Counted from the stretch's first letter, positions 37,601 through 51,389 are shown. The stretch is DNA of 64,000 nucleotides from Octopus vulgaris (GCA_951406725.2 OX597814.1:173600001-173664000); one strand, 5' to 3'. Program-made: numbers and translations. The notes: generated from the sequence alone by a model not told the origin.

Positions 37601-38272
37601 GTGACAGAGAAAGTTGAGCAGAGAATCTGCATCAAATTTTGCCAAAAGCTTGGTGATACCTGCTCAGAGGCCTACGCAAAGTTTTCAAAAAGTTGTCATC
37701 GTTCTCGATACTATCAAGGAAATCTTGTGCAACTGAAACCTGAATGTCTTTTTGGTCAGCTGAAAGCAATTTTGGCACAAACTTGGTAGACACGAGTCTC
37801 ATACCCAAATCTTCAGTGATACTGAACTGAACTAATTAATCTGCACATCCTCTGGTAACTCACGGATGGTGATACGACGATTTCCCCTCACATCTGCACA
37901 CACATCTAATTCAGTTCTACTGGTTGCAGGTCTCCCAGAACGTACGTCAATATCGATATTTTTTCAGCCACCTTGGAAACATCTTAACCACTCGTACACT
38001 TGTGTGCGACTCATATACTCCTCTCCATACACTTTCTGCATCTTTGTGTAGGCGTCTGAGCAGGTATCGCCATGACAACTTTCTCTGCCATGGTCAATGC
38101 GACGGTCACGCGCTACACACGTTCCTTCCAATCACTGTTGTAAACAGTGGAAGTGAGCTAAAACGTTAAAACTTAGTGCATATGCACAGCAGAGTTCAAA
38201 GTCAATATTCACTCTCCGTACATTAGCTTCGTTATTATGGCAACATTCCGGATACTTATTGATCAGACCGTA
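37601..38272 (-). mobile_element. Rearranged mariner relic: 5' half on - strand joined to an inverted copy of its own start
   Basis: TIR-like GTCTGATCAATAAGTATCCGG on - at ~38248-38270. Minus-strand peptides VYGEEYMSRTQVYEW, RSGRP, RRITIRE, FVPKLL. Plus-strand EQRICIKFCQKLGDTCSEAY at 37601-37680. Confidence 0.8.
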
Positions 38273-38424
38273 CATTCACAGGTTATAAAACAACCTGATA
38301 CTGTAGTAAAAGTCACTAACCTAAAGAGCATCGAGCTCTGCACCCCGTTATTGTAAAATGAATTTCTTAAGCTTGCAACCATGTCTGAGCACACACACAC
38401 ACGCACATATACATGCCATTACTT

Positions 38425-39400
38425 TTCAGGGCCTTCTTCGAGACCGGTATGGGGGCTTAATAGCGTTATTCTTTCGTTTAAACTGTTGTAGGCCAATACC
38501 TGCAGGAAGAAAACTCCAAAGAGCCGGTGAAGAAAGACTGGATATAAGAGCTAATGCAGGGCCCGTGACGGGTGCAACAGGGGCGATGAGAGGTGGAGAG
38601 GCAATTAGGTTAGGAGTGCTTGTGTGAAGGGGATGCGAAACAAGCCAGCTCCGAAGAACAGATGCCGTTATAGTAGTGATAGAAAATCCACAACGAGAGG
38701 GTGAGAGGCTGGATGTCCATAGCAGAAATTGAACCACTAATGAAATATTACTAAAAAAAATAAATAAATGAAAATGTCAAATCAACAGGAAAAAAGAAAA
38801 AGGAGAAAAAAAAGGAAAAAGAAAGAGTAAGTGTTTTATGTTATGTTTAATAATATCGGAAAAATAGAAGAACAATTTTAGAGAACGTACAACAGTTCAA
38901 ATAATTGTAATGGTTGACGATAATTAATTGTTATGTAAACACATGATAAAAACGGGAAAACGGACAGTTTAAAAAGATTAATGGTAATGCATGTGATGAG
39001 GGGCGTATGCAGCCATTCACAACCCCATTATTGTATAATCATATCATATTCGTTCTGTGTATTGTCCCCTCTGTCATATTCGTTCTGTGTATTGTCCTGT
39101 CTGTCCTTGTTTGTCCCCCTCTATGTTTGGGCCCTTGTGGCTAATAAAGAAACCGAGAGGTTGGATGTCCATCCATTCATGTATATTTAGTGATTGAAGG
39201 CCAATCAGTCGAGTGCCTCATCTCTGGATGCGGTCCACGCCGTCTGTGTAAGTAGCATCAGCACCGTCCCAGATGTAGAAGCAGTTCTTCATTGAGGAAT
39301 TTGCTTGAGTCTTATAGAGAATCGGCAGCTATTCAAGGCTTGCTGGCCCTCAAAGGAAGGACCAATCAGTGGGTACAACTGAAATCATTGATATACTTGG
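38425..39400 (-). pseudogene. Degraded CR1/L2-group LINE 3' end, interrupted by the 38721-39154 insertion; related relic ~23690-24130 (+)
   Basis: Minus-strand peptides LYKTQ..FYIWDGA..DRIQR..RLIG, FYHYYNGICSSELA and LWSFLP..QQFK. Confidence 0.65.
38721..39154 (+). mobile_element. 5'-truncated 3'-UTR copy of a Tx1/L1-related LINE
   Basis: 18-bp TSD GAGAGGYTGGATGTCCAT (38703-38720, 39155-39172); ends TGTGGCTAATAAAGAAA like the LINE at 1-1555. Confidence 0.7.
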
Positions 39401-40319
39401 GAATTATCCAGACAATTCCATCAGTTTTCATTTATGCGCACCATAGGTGATTCGATCAATGTTTCTTCCGGATATGTGAAATAGTGTAGGTGTGTGTGTG
39501 CCAGTCTTCTGTCCAACGCAGTGTTTAGAATACAGCTACTCGAGATACGAATTTGTCTCTTTGTAGAATTAAAGTAGACACCTTATCCATTCATCTACTG
39601 CGATTTTGCGATGGAGAATTAAATGAGCAAAGTATAGCCTCTACTTGGAATTAAATTTATTTCTGTTTTGGTGATTGGTCAATAAGTTGGCTTCATCTCA
39701 TAGATTCATCGCAGCAAACATTGTAAAGTTTTCCATTAGCGCCTATTAATGTTAGAATAGCGATGCAGGCAGACAAATTAACTTCGAACGAAAGTGGCTA
39801 AAATGGATCGTTTTGATACTGCGAATCGTTTCAGATAAGAAATAGCAGGAGCAATAATACACTGCTTACTTTTATTTTCTATTTTAGATATTTTGGAAGC
39901 TCTACTAAGTCGGTGTGACATTGGAATTGGGTCGAAATATGTGAAAATTGTTAGCTAAATATGTAATCTATGATTCAGTATTCCACTGAGCTCTCTCGCT
40001 ATCCACCCACCTTACATTTCCTCTCTTCATTCTCGAACGCCATTCACTTTCTTTCTCCCACCTTCCTTTTGAAAATAAGCATTGACGGTTTAGTGTATCA
40101 AAAATATCGCCGATTTATATAAAGAAATCTGTGCCTATTTCTTTTCTTTTCATTTTTTTTTTTTTGCATTAGATTTTTAGATAAAGTCAATAACCACCAC
40201 AATTTGCAGAAAAAAATATGTGGTGCTATCAGCTAAATGCCTGGTTTCTTATCACTTTTTTCCTTTTTTTTTTCTTTTTGCCTTGTTTAGTTTATTTTGA
40301 TTAAATTTTTAGGAGTGAA

Positions 40320-40935
40320 CGAGTATATTCTTTCATTTGCGTCAGTCACTGGACGGTGGGCATGCTAGGACATCACCTTGAAGTGTTTTGTCAAATAAAT
40401 AGACCACAGTACTTGCATTTTTTTTTTTTTTTTTGATGTATGGTACTTATTCTATCGATCCCTTTTACGAACTGCTAAGTTGCGGGGACGTAAACAAGAC
40501 ACACCGGTTATCAAGCGGTGGGTGGGGACAAAAAGAAAGACATGTAAACACACACACATTTAAATATATATATATATATAATCGTCTAAGAATCCATACA
40601 TCAAAATAGGCGCTCGTATATTTCTCAAGAGGGTGGATATATTAACCAAAGTATTATAGACCCATTACAGCTGACCTTACCAGTCGATTTCGTACCGAAT
40701 ATCCACCAGGTTACCTAATATCCAATGTGAAGCGATTGGTAAGATAGGCTGTAATGGATCTAACACGGTTTGTACTTTGATTAATGTAAATGACGGACTT
40801 CCATAGTTTCCGTCTACCAAATTCACTCACAAGGCATTGGTCGACACGCTCATGTTTTTCTACAATAGCCAACATGTCACGCAATGGAAGTGATCCCGAA
40901 GCCAAGTGATTCCAAAGTGAAGTTCTTAACAACAC
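40320..40935 (-). mobile_element. Family B SINE interrupted by a Penelope-like inverted fragment (~40580-40770) with two half-hammerheads
   Basis: Insert resembles 5683-5815; GAAA..GG-UA-AG..GCUG halves on both strands. Confidence 0.6.
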
Positions 40936-41039
40936 AGTGATGCCTTCCAATGACTAAAACTACCAAATGAAGTACAACCGCAGTTATTATTATTATTATT
41001 GATAATGATATTATTATTATTACCATCATTATTATATCA

Positions 41040-41484
41040 CCGTGACTGACCAGGCTATCAGATGTTGCTACACATCGCGATGGCTAAGCGAGCAGGCCAA
41101 CAGAAGAAAAGAGTGAGAGAAAGTTGTGGTGAAAGAGTACAGCAGGGATCGCCACCACCCACTGCCGGAGATCGTGGAGCTTTAGGTGTTTTCGCTCAAT
41201 AAACACTTATAACGCCCGATCTTGGAATCGAAACCGCGATCCTACAACCGCGAGTCCGCTGCCCTATCCACATTATATATATTCTTTTATTTTGTTTCAG
41301 TCATTTGACTGCGGCCATGCTGGAGCACCGCCTTTAGTCGAGCAAATCGACCCCAGGACTTATTGTTTGTAAGCCTAGTACTTATTCTATCGGTCTCTTT
41401 TGCCGAACCGCTAAGTGACGGGGACGTAAACACACCAGCATCGGTTGTCAAGCGATGTTGGGGGGGGGGGTAAACACAGACACA

Positions 41485-41562
<78 letters not shown>

Positions 41563-41717
41563 CGACGGGCTTCTTTCAGTTTCCGTCTACCAAATCCACT
41601 CACAAGGCTTTGGTCGGCCCGAGGCTATAGTAGAAGACACTTGCTCAAGGTGCCACGCAGTGGGACTGAACCCGGAACCATGTGGTTGGTAAGCAAGCTA
41701 CTTACCACACAGCCACG

Positions 41718-41720
<3 letters not shown>
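41040..41720 (-). mobile_element. Adjacent SINEs: head-C type (41040-41272) and family B (41284-41720)
   Basis: Match other copies in the window. Confidence 0.85.
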
Positions 41721-41765
<45 letters not shown>

Positions 41766-43258
41766 TTTATTTATTTATTAGTAAACATCGCTTCGTAGCA
41801 CAGGAACAAAATAAAGAGCAATCCAGGAGACGGAGTGGTTAAATGGTTATTTACTAAACTTTCATCTGCCAAACAATTTTTCTTTTTGAAGACATGATGT
41901 CATAACATCTTTTCATTTTTTTCTTCGCTAAATTTTGATATATACTGCGATGAAATAACATGAAAATATACACTGCTTAGCTAGTCTAGTAGATGTTATT
42001 TTGGATTTGCTGTGCAAGATTTTAACTTCAGCAAGAATAATAGAAAATAGAAAACATCCGTCAAGAATATCAGATTTCTAAATCCTGTGTATTTTCTGAT
42101 CTTTCAACAAGTTGAATTTTCTGGCTTAGAGTCAACAGAATGGTTCCAAAATATGTATTAAGAGTATTTTTGTAGACTGCTAAATCAGACTCACTTTCTG
42201 CTACAGTTTCTATTTAATCATAATTCATAAAATTTCGAGTTATCTCCCGTGTCCCTCTTCTCTCTTTATTATTATTATTATTATTATTGTTATTATTGAA
42301 AACTGTTGTTCTCGTCGTTGAAGCTGTAGTATTGGTTTTTCTTATTTTGGCATGAGATCAGTAATATCGGGGGACCATGGGAAAGTCGATTACATCAACA
42401 GTGCTCAATTGGTATTTATTTTATCGACTCCGAATGGAGGAAAAGCAAAGTCGACCACAGCAGAATTTGATCTCAGATCGTAAAGACGGATGAAATGTCG
42501 CTAAGCATTTTGCCCAGCGCGCTAATGATTCTGCCAGCTTGCCGCCTTTTTGAGTTTGTAATATTATTTCTTGAGTTGTGGGTGTGTGTCTTTCAGGTAA
42601 TATTGCATCTCGCGACGCAACAATTAGTGATTAGGTTGACTAGCTGCCCAAACTTGATCTCCAGCTAAAAAAAGTTGGGGCATTAAAGTTGCCTAATGAA
42701 GATTGGCTATAAGCAGTGTTTCAATGTGATGTATATAATAGAATAAAAGGATAAACAGACACACAACTGATAAAGTGAGATTATGGTATATTTAAACTTG
42801 AGCATTGATTTGTTACAAGAGTATAGATCACAAGAAATCCATAAATGTTAAGTTAAAGGATGTTCTTAATGTTTATGGTATATGATAGTATTTTCCCGAA
42901 ACAGTTATACAGTAAGTCCGTATTATTGGTATTAAGTAAAACTAGTCATCGTAAATAGATCCAAAGCTGGATCAGAAGAAAGGAAGAAGATATATAGAGG
43001 GTTTCTAACAGCTGTTTCAAGAACAGCAGCGTAGACGGCGCATTTCTTTGCAAACGATCGCCAGCCGCCGTTATAGTTGCGATCTACTCCATAATCGGAG
43101 GAAGAATGGGACAGAGCCTTAGTAGGAAGTAATGAACTACTATTAGTTGAAAATATACAGAGGTGAGCTTAAAAGAAGAGGAGCAGAGAACATAAGGTCA
43201 TAATAATAGGAAGATATATAGATAGATAGCTAGAAACTAACTAGCATTGCAAGGGATA

Positions 43259-43325
<67 letters not shown>

Positions 43326-44371
43326 ATCTTTTTTGTTTGGCTGCCACTTTTCAATTCCTTCAGTTTTGTTCCAATTGATTTCAAATTTGGTGTGTTGATG
43401 TAGTTTTGTATGCTAATTATTGAGTTGCAATTCATTTTCACCATAAATCAATAAACAAACAGTTAATAGCTTTTAAAGTATGCAAATTTTTGCAATTTTA
43501 GCCAGTCGAAAGCCACAGACATATAGGTGCTGGTAACTTTTCATGTGTGTTTACGAAAATATTTCATTTGTTTACAGTTTGTTTTTTTTTTGTGTGCTTT
43601 TAAAACTACAAAATGTGATGTTTACTCTTTTTCCCCTTCAAATGTATACTGAATGCTTCAAACTAAAAAAAATATGTGTTGTTTACTGGTTTATTTGTTT
43701 GTTGTTTTTTTTGTTCATTTTCGCTTATTATATGCTTAAAACACGTGCTATTGTCGCAATGTTGACATTATTGTTTTGTCATCTTACGAATGCAGTCACG
43801 CACAAAATGATAGTTTTCAAATCCTGGTTTCTGACTGGGTAAAAATTATCACACTTTAAACCTCTGCAAGTTTCTTAAAAAAATTTTTTATAGAACAAGT
43901 GAATTAGGCCCTGGGGTTTAGCATGAAAAATTACATTAATACACCAAATTTGAGGTTCAAAAGTCGGATTTAAAGGAAGATGTAGCCTGTACCAATATGA
44001 GTAGGGAAGGGGGAAGCTAAGTTTGGTGGTGGGAAGAAGAACGTGTGTAGAGTAACAACAGCACATGGGACAAGTAAATTAAAATTATCAGTTAGCTAGA
44101 CTAGGCAGTAAGTGGGGCATTACTTGAAGGTGGGGCCTATAATTTCAGGGCGGGTGTGACGTACAAGATAAAATACACCTACTTGCTACTAGCTGTGCGG
44201 TATGGTGATCAATGCAACGTGTGAGGGAAACAAACAAGGTTTTTGTTTTAAAGGGTGTGGGAGTTTGGTCGTGTGGTAACTTCGTTATGCTAAGATACTA
44301 GATGTCTTAGTGGAAGGTGTTTCAATCCTATATAACCGCATCGCCAGCTTTCTCATCTATTTGTCTCTACA

Positions 44372-44865
44372 AGGCGGCGAGCTGGCAGAATCGTTAGCAC
44401 GCCGGGTGAAATGCTTAGCAGTATTTCATCTGCCGCTACATTCTGAGTTCAAATTCCGCCGAGGTCGACTTTGCCTTTCTTGTGAAAGGTAAGAGAGCCC
44501 AGTTTGCTGGACATTGTTGTAGAGCTGAAAAAGAGGTAATTTCTACCCTTCTCCCCTGGAAGCCATCTACTCGCAATACCAGAGGGCGCACACTCTCCTA
44601 CCCTGATGTAATCTCCAGGGACACAGGCATCCAGCAACAGGACCTCCGTAATGCCATGATGGACCGTGAAGTCTGGCGTAGCATGGTAAATTCCATTGTC
44701 TCGACCACGGTCGAACAATGATGATGATGATTGCCTTTCATCCTTTCGGGATCGATTAAATAAGTACCAGTTACACACTGGGGTCGATATAATCGACTTA
44801 ATCCGTTTGTCTGTGCTTGTTTGTCCTCTCTGTGTTTAGCCCCTTATGGGTAGTAAAGAAATAGG
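44372..44865 (+). mobile_element. Meta-domain-like SINE with a nested RTE LINE 3' fragment (44480-44730)
   Basis: Insert encodes QFAGHCCR..LLPWKP..GR..YPD..DTG..AMMDREVWR*, has a (TGA)n tail and a 9-bp TSD TTGCCTTTC. Confidence 0.88.
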
Positions 44866-45159
44866 TTATTATAAGCGGAGAAGGAGAGAGCCAAAAGGAT
44901 TGAGAGGTAATGGAAGTATATGTTTTTAATCAGCTGACTACGATAGGTGTATTTTATCTTGTACGTCACACCCGCCCTGAAATTATAAGCCCCACCTTCA
45001 AGTAATGAGAGGAGTGAGAACGCTTTAGTTGTATGCGTTTGTTGATAGTTACCAGAATAAAGAACTTATTGTAACAACAAGGAATTGATATCTAAAATTG
45101 TAAGTTCAAACGAAAGTATGAATATAGATAAAAGAAGGTATAACAATAGTATATAACCA

Positions 45160-46378
45160 GCGTTCCGTCGGTTACGACGATGAGGCTTCCATTTGATCCG
45201 ATTAATGAAACAGCCTCCCCGTGAAATTAACGTACAACTGGCTGAGCATTCCACAGACACGTGTACCCTTAACGTAGTTCTCAGAGAGATTCAGCGTGAC
45301 ACAGAATGTGACAAGGCTAGCCCTTCGAAATATAGGTACTACTCATTTTTACCAGCTGAGTGAACTGGAGCAATGTGAAATAAAGTGTTTTGCTCAAGGA
45401 CAAAGCGTCGCCGGGAATTGAACTCACGTCCTTACGATCGTGAACCGAATGCCTTAACCACTATGCGCCTTCACTAGGAGTACCATAGAAGTAAGGAGGC
45501 GCAATGGGCCAGTGGTTAGGGCAGCAGACTCGCGGTCATAGGATCGCGGTTTCGATTCCTAGACCGGGCGTTGTGAGTGTTTATTGAGCGAAAACACCTA
45601 AAAGCTCCACGAGGCTCCGGCAGGGGATGGTGGTGATCCCTGCTGTACTCTTTCACCACAACTTTCTCTCACTCTTACTTCCTGTTTCTGCTGTACCTGT
45701 ATTTCAAGGGGCTGGCCTTGTCGCTCTCTGTGTCACGCTGAATATCCCCGAGAACTACGTTAAGGGTGCACGTGTCTGTGGAGTGCTCAGCCACTTACAC
45801 GTTAATTTCACGAGCAGGCTGTTCCGTTGATTCGGATCAACCGGAACCCTCATCGTCGTAACCGACGGAGTGCTTCCATCCATAAACAGAAAGATCTTCA
45901 AATTTCTTCATTAGCTGGGAATATCTATAAGTGATTGCTAAAATATAGTAAGTGGTTTTCTAGAAAATAATATTTAGTTAAATCATTGTATTGGAATTAC
46001 GAACAGAACGTAGAATTGAAATGAAAAGTTATGAAATCATACAGAGTTAGAGTAAGTGAGAGAAGTATATAGGATTATAACGATAAACATCGCCCTTTTC
46101 AAGCCTAACCAGGCCCATGTTTCCCAGTTCTGTGGCGTATGTGTTCCCCCAAGCTGGATGGGACGCCAATCCATCGCAGCGTTACTCAAGAAACAAGAAG
46201 AGAGAGTAAGAGAGAGTTGTGACGAAGGGGTCGCCACCCCCCACCCCCTGCCGGAGCCTCGTAGTACTTTTAGGTGTTTTCGTTCAATAAACACACACAA
46301 CGCCCGGTCTAGGAATCGAAACCGCGATCCTCCGACCTCGAATCCGCTGCTCTAACCACTGGGCCATTGTGCCTGCAC
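45160..46378. mobile_element. Three SINEs: D+X (45160-45473, -), C+X (45495-45876, +), C+Y (46095-46378, -)
   Basis: A/B-box heads and pairwise shared modules. Confidence 0.85.
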
Positions 46379-46706
46379 ATATAGAATTATAATCATAGTA
46401 AAAGATATGGAATAAAGTGGTACACTACGGATTAGGTTGACTTAAATAGTGATGTATTTCTATCTTATGAAGATGAGAATTATGTGGAGAGACTCAGAGT
46501 GTTACGTTTAGATTTTGTAACAAAATTGGAGTACTTTGAAGAATATGTGGACACAAGTGGTTAATCTAGCGGTTCTGCAAAAAGAAACCGATAGAATAAG
46601 TACCAGGTTTAGAAATAAGTTTTGGGGGGTCGATTTGTTCGATTGAACCCTTTGAGGTGGTGCCCCAGCATGGTCGCAGTACAAATACTGAAACAAGTAA
46701 AAGTGG

Positions 46707-46781
<75 letters not shown>

Positions 46782-47761
46782 AGTGTGTAGACAGTTTCCG
46801 TCCAGTATATTTACTCCCAAGCCATTGGTCGGCCCGGAGCAGTAGTAAAAGTTACTTACCCGAGGGGCCGTGCAGTGAAACTGAACCAGAACCCACCTGT
46901 CTGCAAAACGAGTTTCTTTAACCAAACAGTCATGCCTGCCAATCAACACTACTCCATTTTGTCTCCCCTCCTATTTTTAAACTTACAAGGTTTTCAGTTT
47001 GTCTACTCACCACCACCTTCTTAACGCCCTAAACTACCTTCCCCGTTATATCCAAAACAAATGTATTTACCCAAAGATACTCCTCTCACAAGCACACACC
47101 ACACAACATCCCACACATCATACATCGTTTTATCTTTGGCCTGACATCTCACCATGACTGTTTCTAAAATAAAACAATTTTATCCATCCAGAAAATTTTC
47201 TTTTCTCACAAATTTACAAATACCCAGCCCCTCACTTTGTAATCGCCAAACCACCACCCACAATTAAACTTATCCAGTTTTATTTTCTAATACTCAAAAC
47301 AAACTGGTTATTATATACACCATGTCCCTATCAAAACTCACTCCACACAAATGCACGTGCCCCACCCGCCTAAAATAAACAATCGACACCACGCATACTT
47401 TACATTCCTCTGAGTTAAACTCACTTCAGATAAATACGACCCGCATTTTGGTAAACGCAGGTCATATTTAAAGGTATGGGAGTTCAAAGATGCCCACCTG
47501 GGATTCTGAAATTACTACTCTTTGCAGGTCATTGGATTTTTCAAACCCAAAATTAAATCGCTACTCTCCAAAGATACTGATGTTTTAAACTGAATACTAA
47601 AAAATGAAAATAGAAATTAATAAAAAGATCAAATCCGAACACGGTCATATTGCTATCTTTCTAGTCTGCTCGAAAATGATCGCGCGCGTGAATGTGTGTG
47701 TAAAGAGAGAGATAGGAAGTTACCTAGCGATTTAACTAAAATGGCAGACAGACAGACTGAC

Positions 47762-47854
<93 letters not shown>

Positions 47855-47960
47855 CATAGTTGCTAGAATTATATGGTCAGTGAGTGTGAATGACCCATGA
47901 TATTTAACAGGCAATTTCTAAAGATAATACAGAATACTTGCTTAACGTATGTTGTCACAT

Positions 47961-48365
47961 CTCTTTTACTCTTTACTCTTTTACTTGTTTCAGTCATTTG
48001 ACTGCGGCCATGCTGGAGCACCGCCTTTAGTCGAGCAAATCGACCCCGGGACTTATTCTTTGTAAGCCCAGTACTTATTCTATCGGTCTCTTTTGCCGAA
48101 CCGCTAAGTAACGGGGACGTAAACACACCAGCATCGGTTGTCAAGCAATGCTAGGGGGACAAACACAGACACACAAGCACATATATATATATACATATAT
48201 ACGACGGGCTTCTTTCAGTTTCCGTCTACCAAATCCACTCACAAGGCTTTGGTCAGCCCGAGGCTATAGTAGAAGACACTTGCCCAAGGTGCCACGCAGT
48301 GGGACTGAAACCGGAACCATGTGGTTGGTTAGCAAGCTACTTACCACACAGCCACTCCTGCGCCT
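47961..48365 (-). mobile_element. Family B SINE; further copy at ~49300-49683 (-)
   Basis: Near-identical to 13206-13591. Confidence 0.88.
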
Positions 48366-48557
48366 CAAACAAGAGAAACAGAAACTGGAGGGAGATAACG
48401 AGCGAATAGAACGTCATCATTTCGACTATGACTAAGAACTCATGAAGCACCAAGTTAGCTGATAATGTCTGCCATTTCTTGAAATTTAAGTATTTATACT
48501 CACTGCTCCCGATCTGGAACGAAATCTTCTCAGATAACAATGATAACTAGAGGCTGG

Positions 48558-48971
48558 GGATCTTTTCGGTTTGAACGGCAGTTTTTAATATAATTTCTAG
48601 GTAACTAAAAAATGTTAAACTTCGTATACTGGTAGAATGTGTTTATAAAACATCTTTTTCTCTTGGCTTTATTGAGAAAATTCTATAGTTTGTAAGATAT
48701 TTGTTGTTGTTTTTCTTCAATTTCTGCAATTTCAACCAATCACTGACGTACATTGAGGTAAAAAGAACATTCTGTGCCGTATGAATATGTCCCTCGTTTA
48801 AGAAACAGTTTGGGTTTATTTACATTTGCGAAGAAAAGAAGATACCCTTCCCCCACCCCTAACCCTAAAATAGATTGAAATGCAATAGATCGATACTAGG
48901 GTCATAATTATGGGTGACAATTTCATATGAGACACCGCTAGAAAAAACTGCCGTTCAAACTGAAAAGATCC
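48558..48971. mobile_element. 414-bp MITE with GG-starting TIRs and 8-bp TSD (Merlin- or hAT-like)
   Basis: GGATCTTTTCGGTTTGAACGGCAGTTTTT / AAAAACTGCCGTTCAAACTGAAAAGATCC; flanks GAGGCTGG / AAGGCTGG. Confidence 0.85.
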
Positions 48972-50491
48972 AAGGCTGGAGTATACGTAGTTCATCGACC
49001 AGCTAGATTTAACTGATAAATTGCTTCCTTCTGTCTTTAAAAGGAAATAACGAAAGTGGATAAGACAGTCCTAGATACGTCGAAAACAAGATGAGTAAGC
49101 TGTAGATTATTTTGTCGGCAGAAGAAAATTGCTTTCTGTTTTTAAAAAATCTTCTTTGTTCACTATTTTGAATGGTGAGTAATGGGTAATTGTCCATCTC
49201 ACTTCTGTCTCCACTAGTTACAAGCACTTCATTGTTCTGGGAATTTTTATAATTGTATTTATATACACACAGGCGCAGGTACATACCTACATACATACAT
49301 CTTTTATCTTTTATCTTTTTTTTTTTACCTGTTTCAGTCATTTGATGGCGCCCATTCTGGGGCACTTCCTTGAAGGGTTTTTAGTCGAATAAATCGATCC
49401 CGGGACTTCTTCTTTTTTAAGCCTAGTACTTATTCTACCGGTACCATTTTGCCAAACCGCTATGTTACGGAGATATAAACACACTAACACCGATTGTCAA
49501 GCGGTGGTAGGGGACAAACAGGCGTGTGTGTGTGTGTGTGAGACGAGCTTCTTTTGGTTTCCGTCTACCAAATCCACTCACAAGGCTTTGACCGGCCTGA
49601 GGGTATAGTAAAAGACATTAGTCCAAGGTACCCCTCAGCGGGACTGAACCCAGAACATGTGCTTGGAAAGCAAGCTTCTTACCAGAGAGAGAGAGAGAGA
49701 GAGAGAGTATTGTAATTGGAATAAAGATAAGAATTAAGAAATATTTCTATCTAAAAAATGTTATTGAATTTACGTCGCATGGGGCTGTTCCTTTTCCTTC
49801 TCTGCGATTACAAGAGAGTATGAGTGTAAATGTGTGTATGCCTGAATATGTACCTAGCTGGTGTGGTTCTTTTTTTTCCTCCCATCGATTTTTGATCGAT
49901 CTATCTTTTATCAATATCTTCATATTACTTCACACTATGTCACCCTAATTTGCATAGCTGGAACATATATATTAGGGCAAGCATTCTGTAATTTTTTCTC
50001 TGTGAACGCCGAGGAGACGATTAATTTGTATCATGATAATTGTACCACGTTAATTGCCTTACGTAATAACCACAGTCGTTTTACTGAAGCATGTGTATGT
50101 TTCATTAAACTTAAAATACTAATTGTACTGTCTGTTTATTATTACTATGACGTGGATCTGATTCCGCACGCTAGATAATCCGGAGGTGAGATGGCTTTTG
50201 TATAACAGCGTTGGATACAGTAGTAGAGTATATATTATACATCCAACAAATTATATAAACTATCCTGGGCATGTTTTTTAGGAGAGATTTATAACTAAAT
50301 TATATAACATTATGCCGTACTTCAGCAATCAAAGTGAGTGCAGTAAGATAGGGTTACTAAATAGAGTGTAGGTTGTCATTGTTTATCCGAAACGGCTGTA
50401 AAGATAAGACTATTTACATTATTCCTTTTATTTATTTGTATTCGCAACCTTCCATACAAATACAGTCTTTACCTCTACTTTTGCTTGTATA

Positions 50492-50557
<66 letters not shown>

Positions 50558-51224
50558 ATATGCATACATACATATATATAACTTAATAACTTTGATGCGA
50601 CTCTACACTGTACTGTTTTTTCTCTCCCCTTTCGTCTTCTCTCTCTTCCTTTCTCTAATTCTTTTTTCTCTCCTTTACCGTTTTCTATCTTTCTCTCTCC
50701 CTCTTTCTCCTTTACTCTCTCTCGTTGCTCACACGTGACCATTGTCCATCTTTCTTTTCTTCATATGATCATCTTTCTTCTCCTTCAGTCTGTCGTACAA
50801 ACCTGTCTCTTATCTTTTCTCTTATCAAAGACAATATTCTTCTAGCGCTCGCTACCTTATCTTGTCTGGGCTAACAGCTCTCCATGTTTGTTTTTCGTTT
50901 GGTTTGTTGTATGTCTCCACCGTCCTGCTTTTGTTACCAACTTTGACCCTCCGCAAATCCCAAATTTTATTTTGGTTTGCGGGAGCAACTGCCTTTCGGA
51001 GCCTCATATTGTTAAATGCTCGAAATGAGAAGTAGATAGACAGCCGACAACTGATGAAGGGTCGTTCTTTATGTTACCTGTCTTGTTTTCCATTTGTTTC
51101 TCTCATTGTTTGCATACCCAAGTTTGTCTTCGTATTTCATGTTGTTTTCGTATTTCATGTCGTTTACGTTTTTCATATTCTTTACATTTTGTGACGTCCT
51201 GAACCCATATATGCATACATATAT

Positions 51225-51311
<87 letters not shown>

Positions 51312-51389
51312 GTATGTATATATGCATGTATTTTTTATTTATTTATATTATCATATGATTGAACGCCATGCATCCATTTCCAAGTAAGT

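Noticed and set aside
37030-38385. Possible minus-strand exons (ATG at ~38382 with GTTAGT donor; open frame 37195-37032) and a shared 17-mer AAAATGAATTTCTTAAG
   Set aside because: Phases do not join into an open frame; the AT-rich 17-mer does not bound a single element.
45495-45570. tRNA-like sequences with A and B boxes (also 21097, 26511, 60555)
   Set aside because: They continue into shared SINE bodies and lack a proper acceptor stem; these are SINE heads, not tRNA genes.
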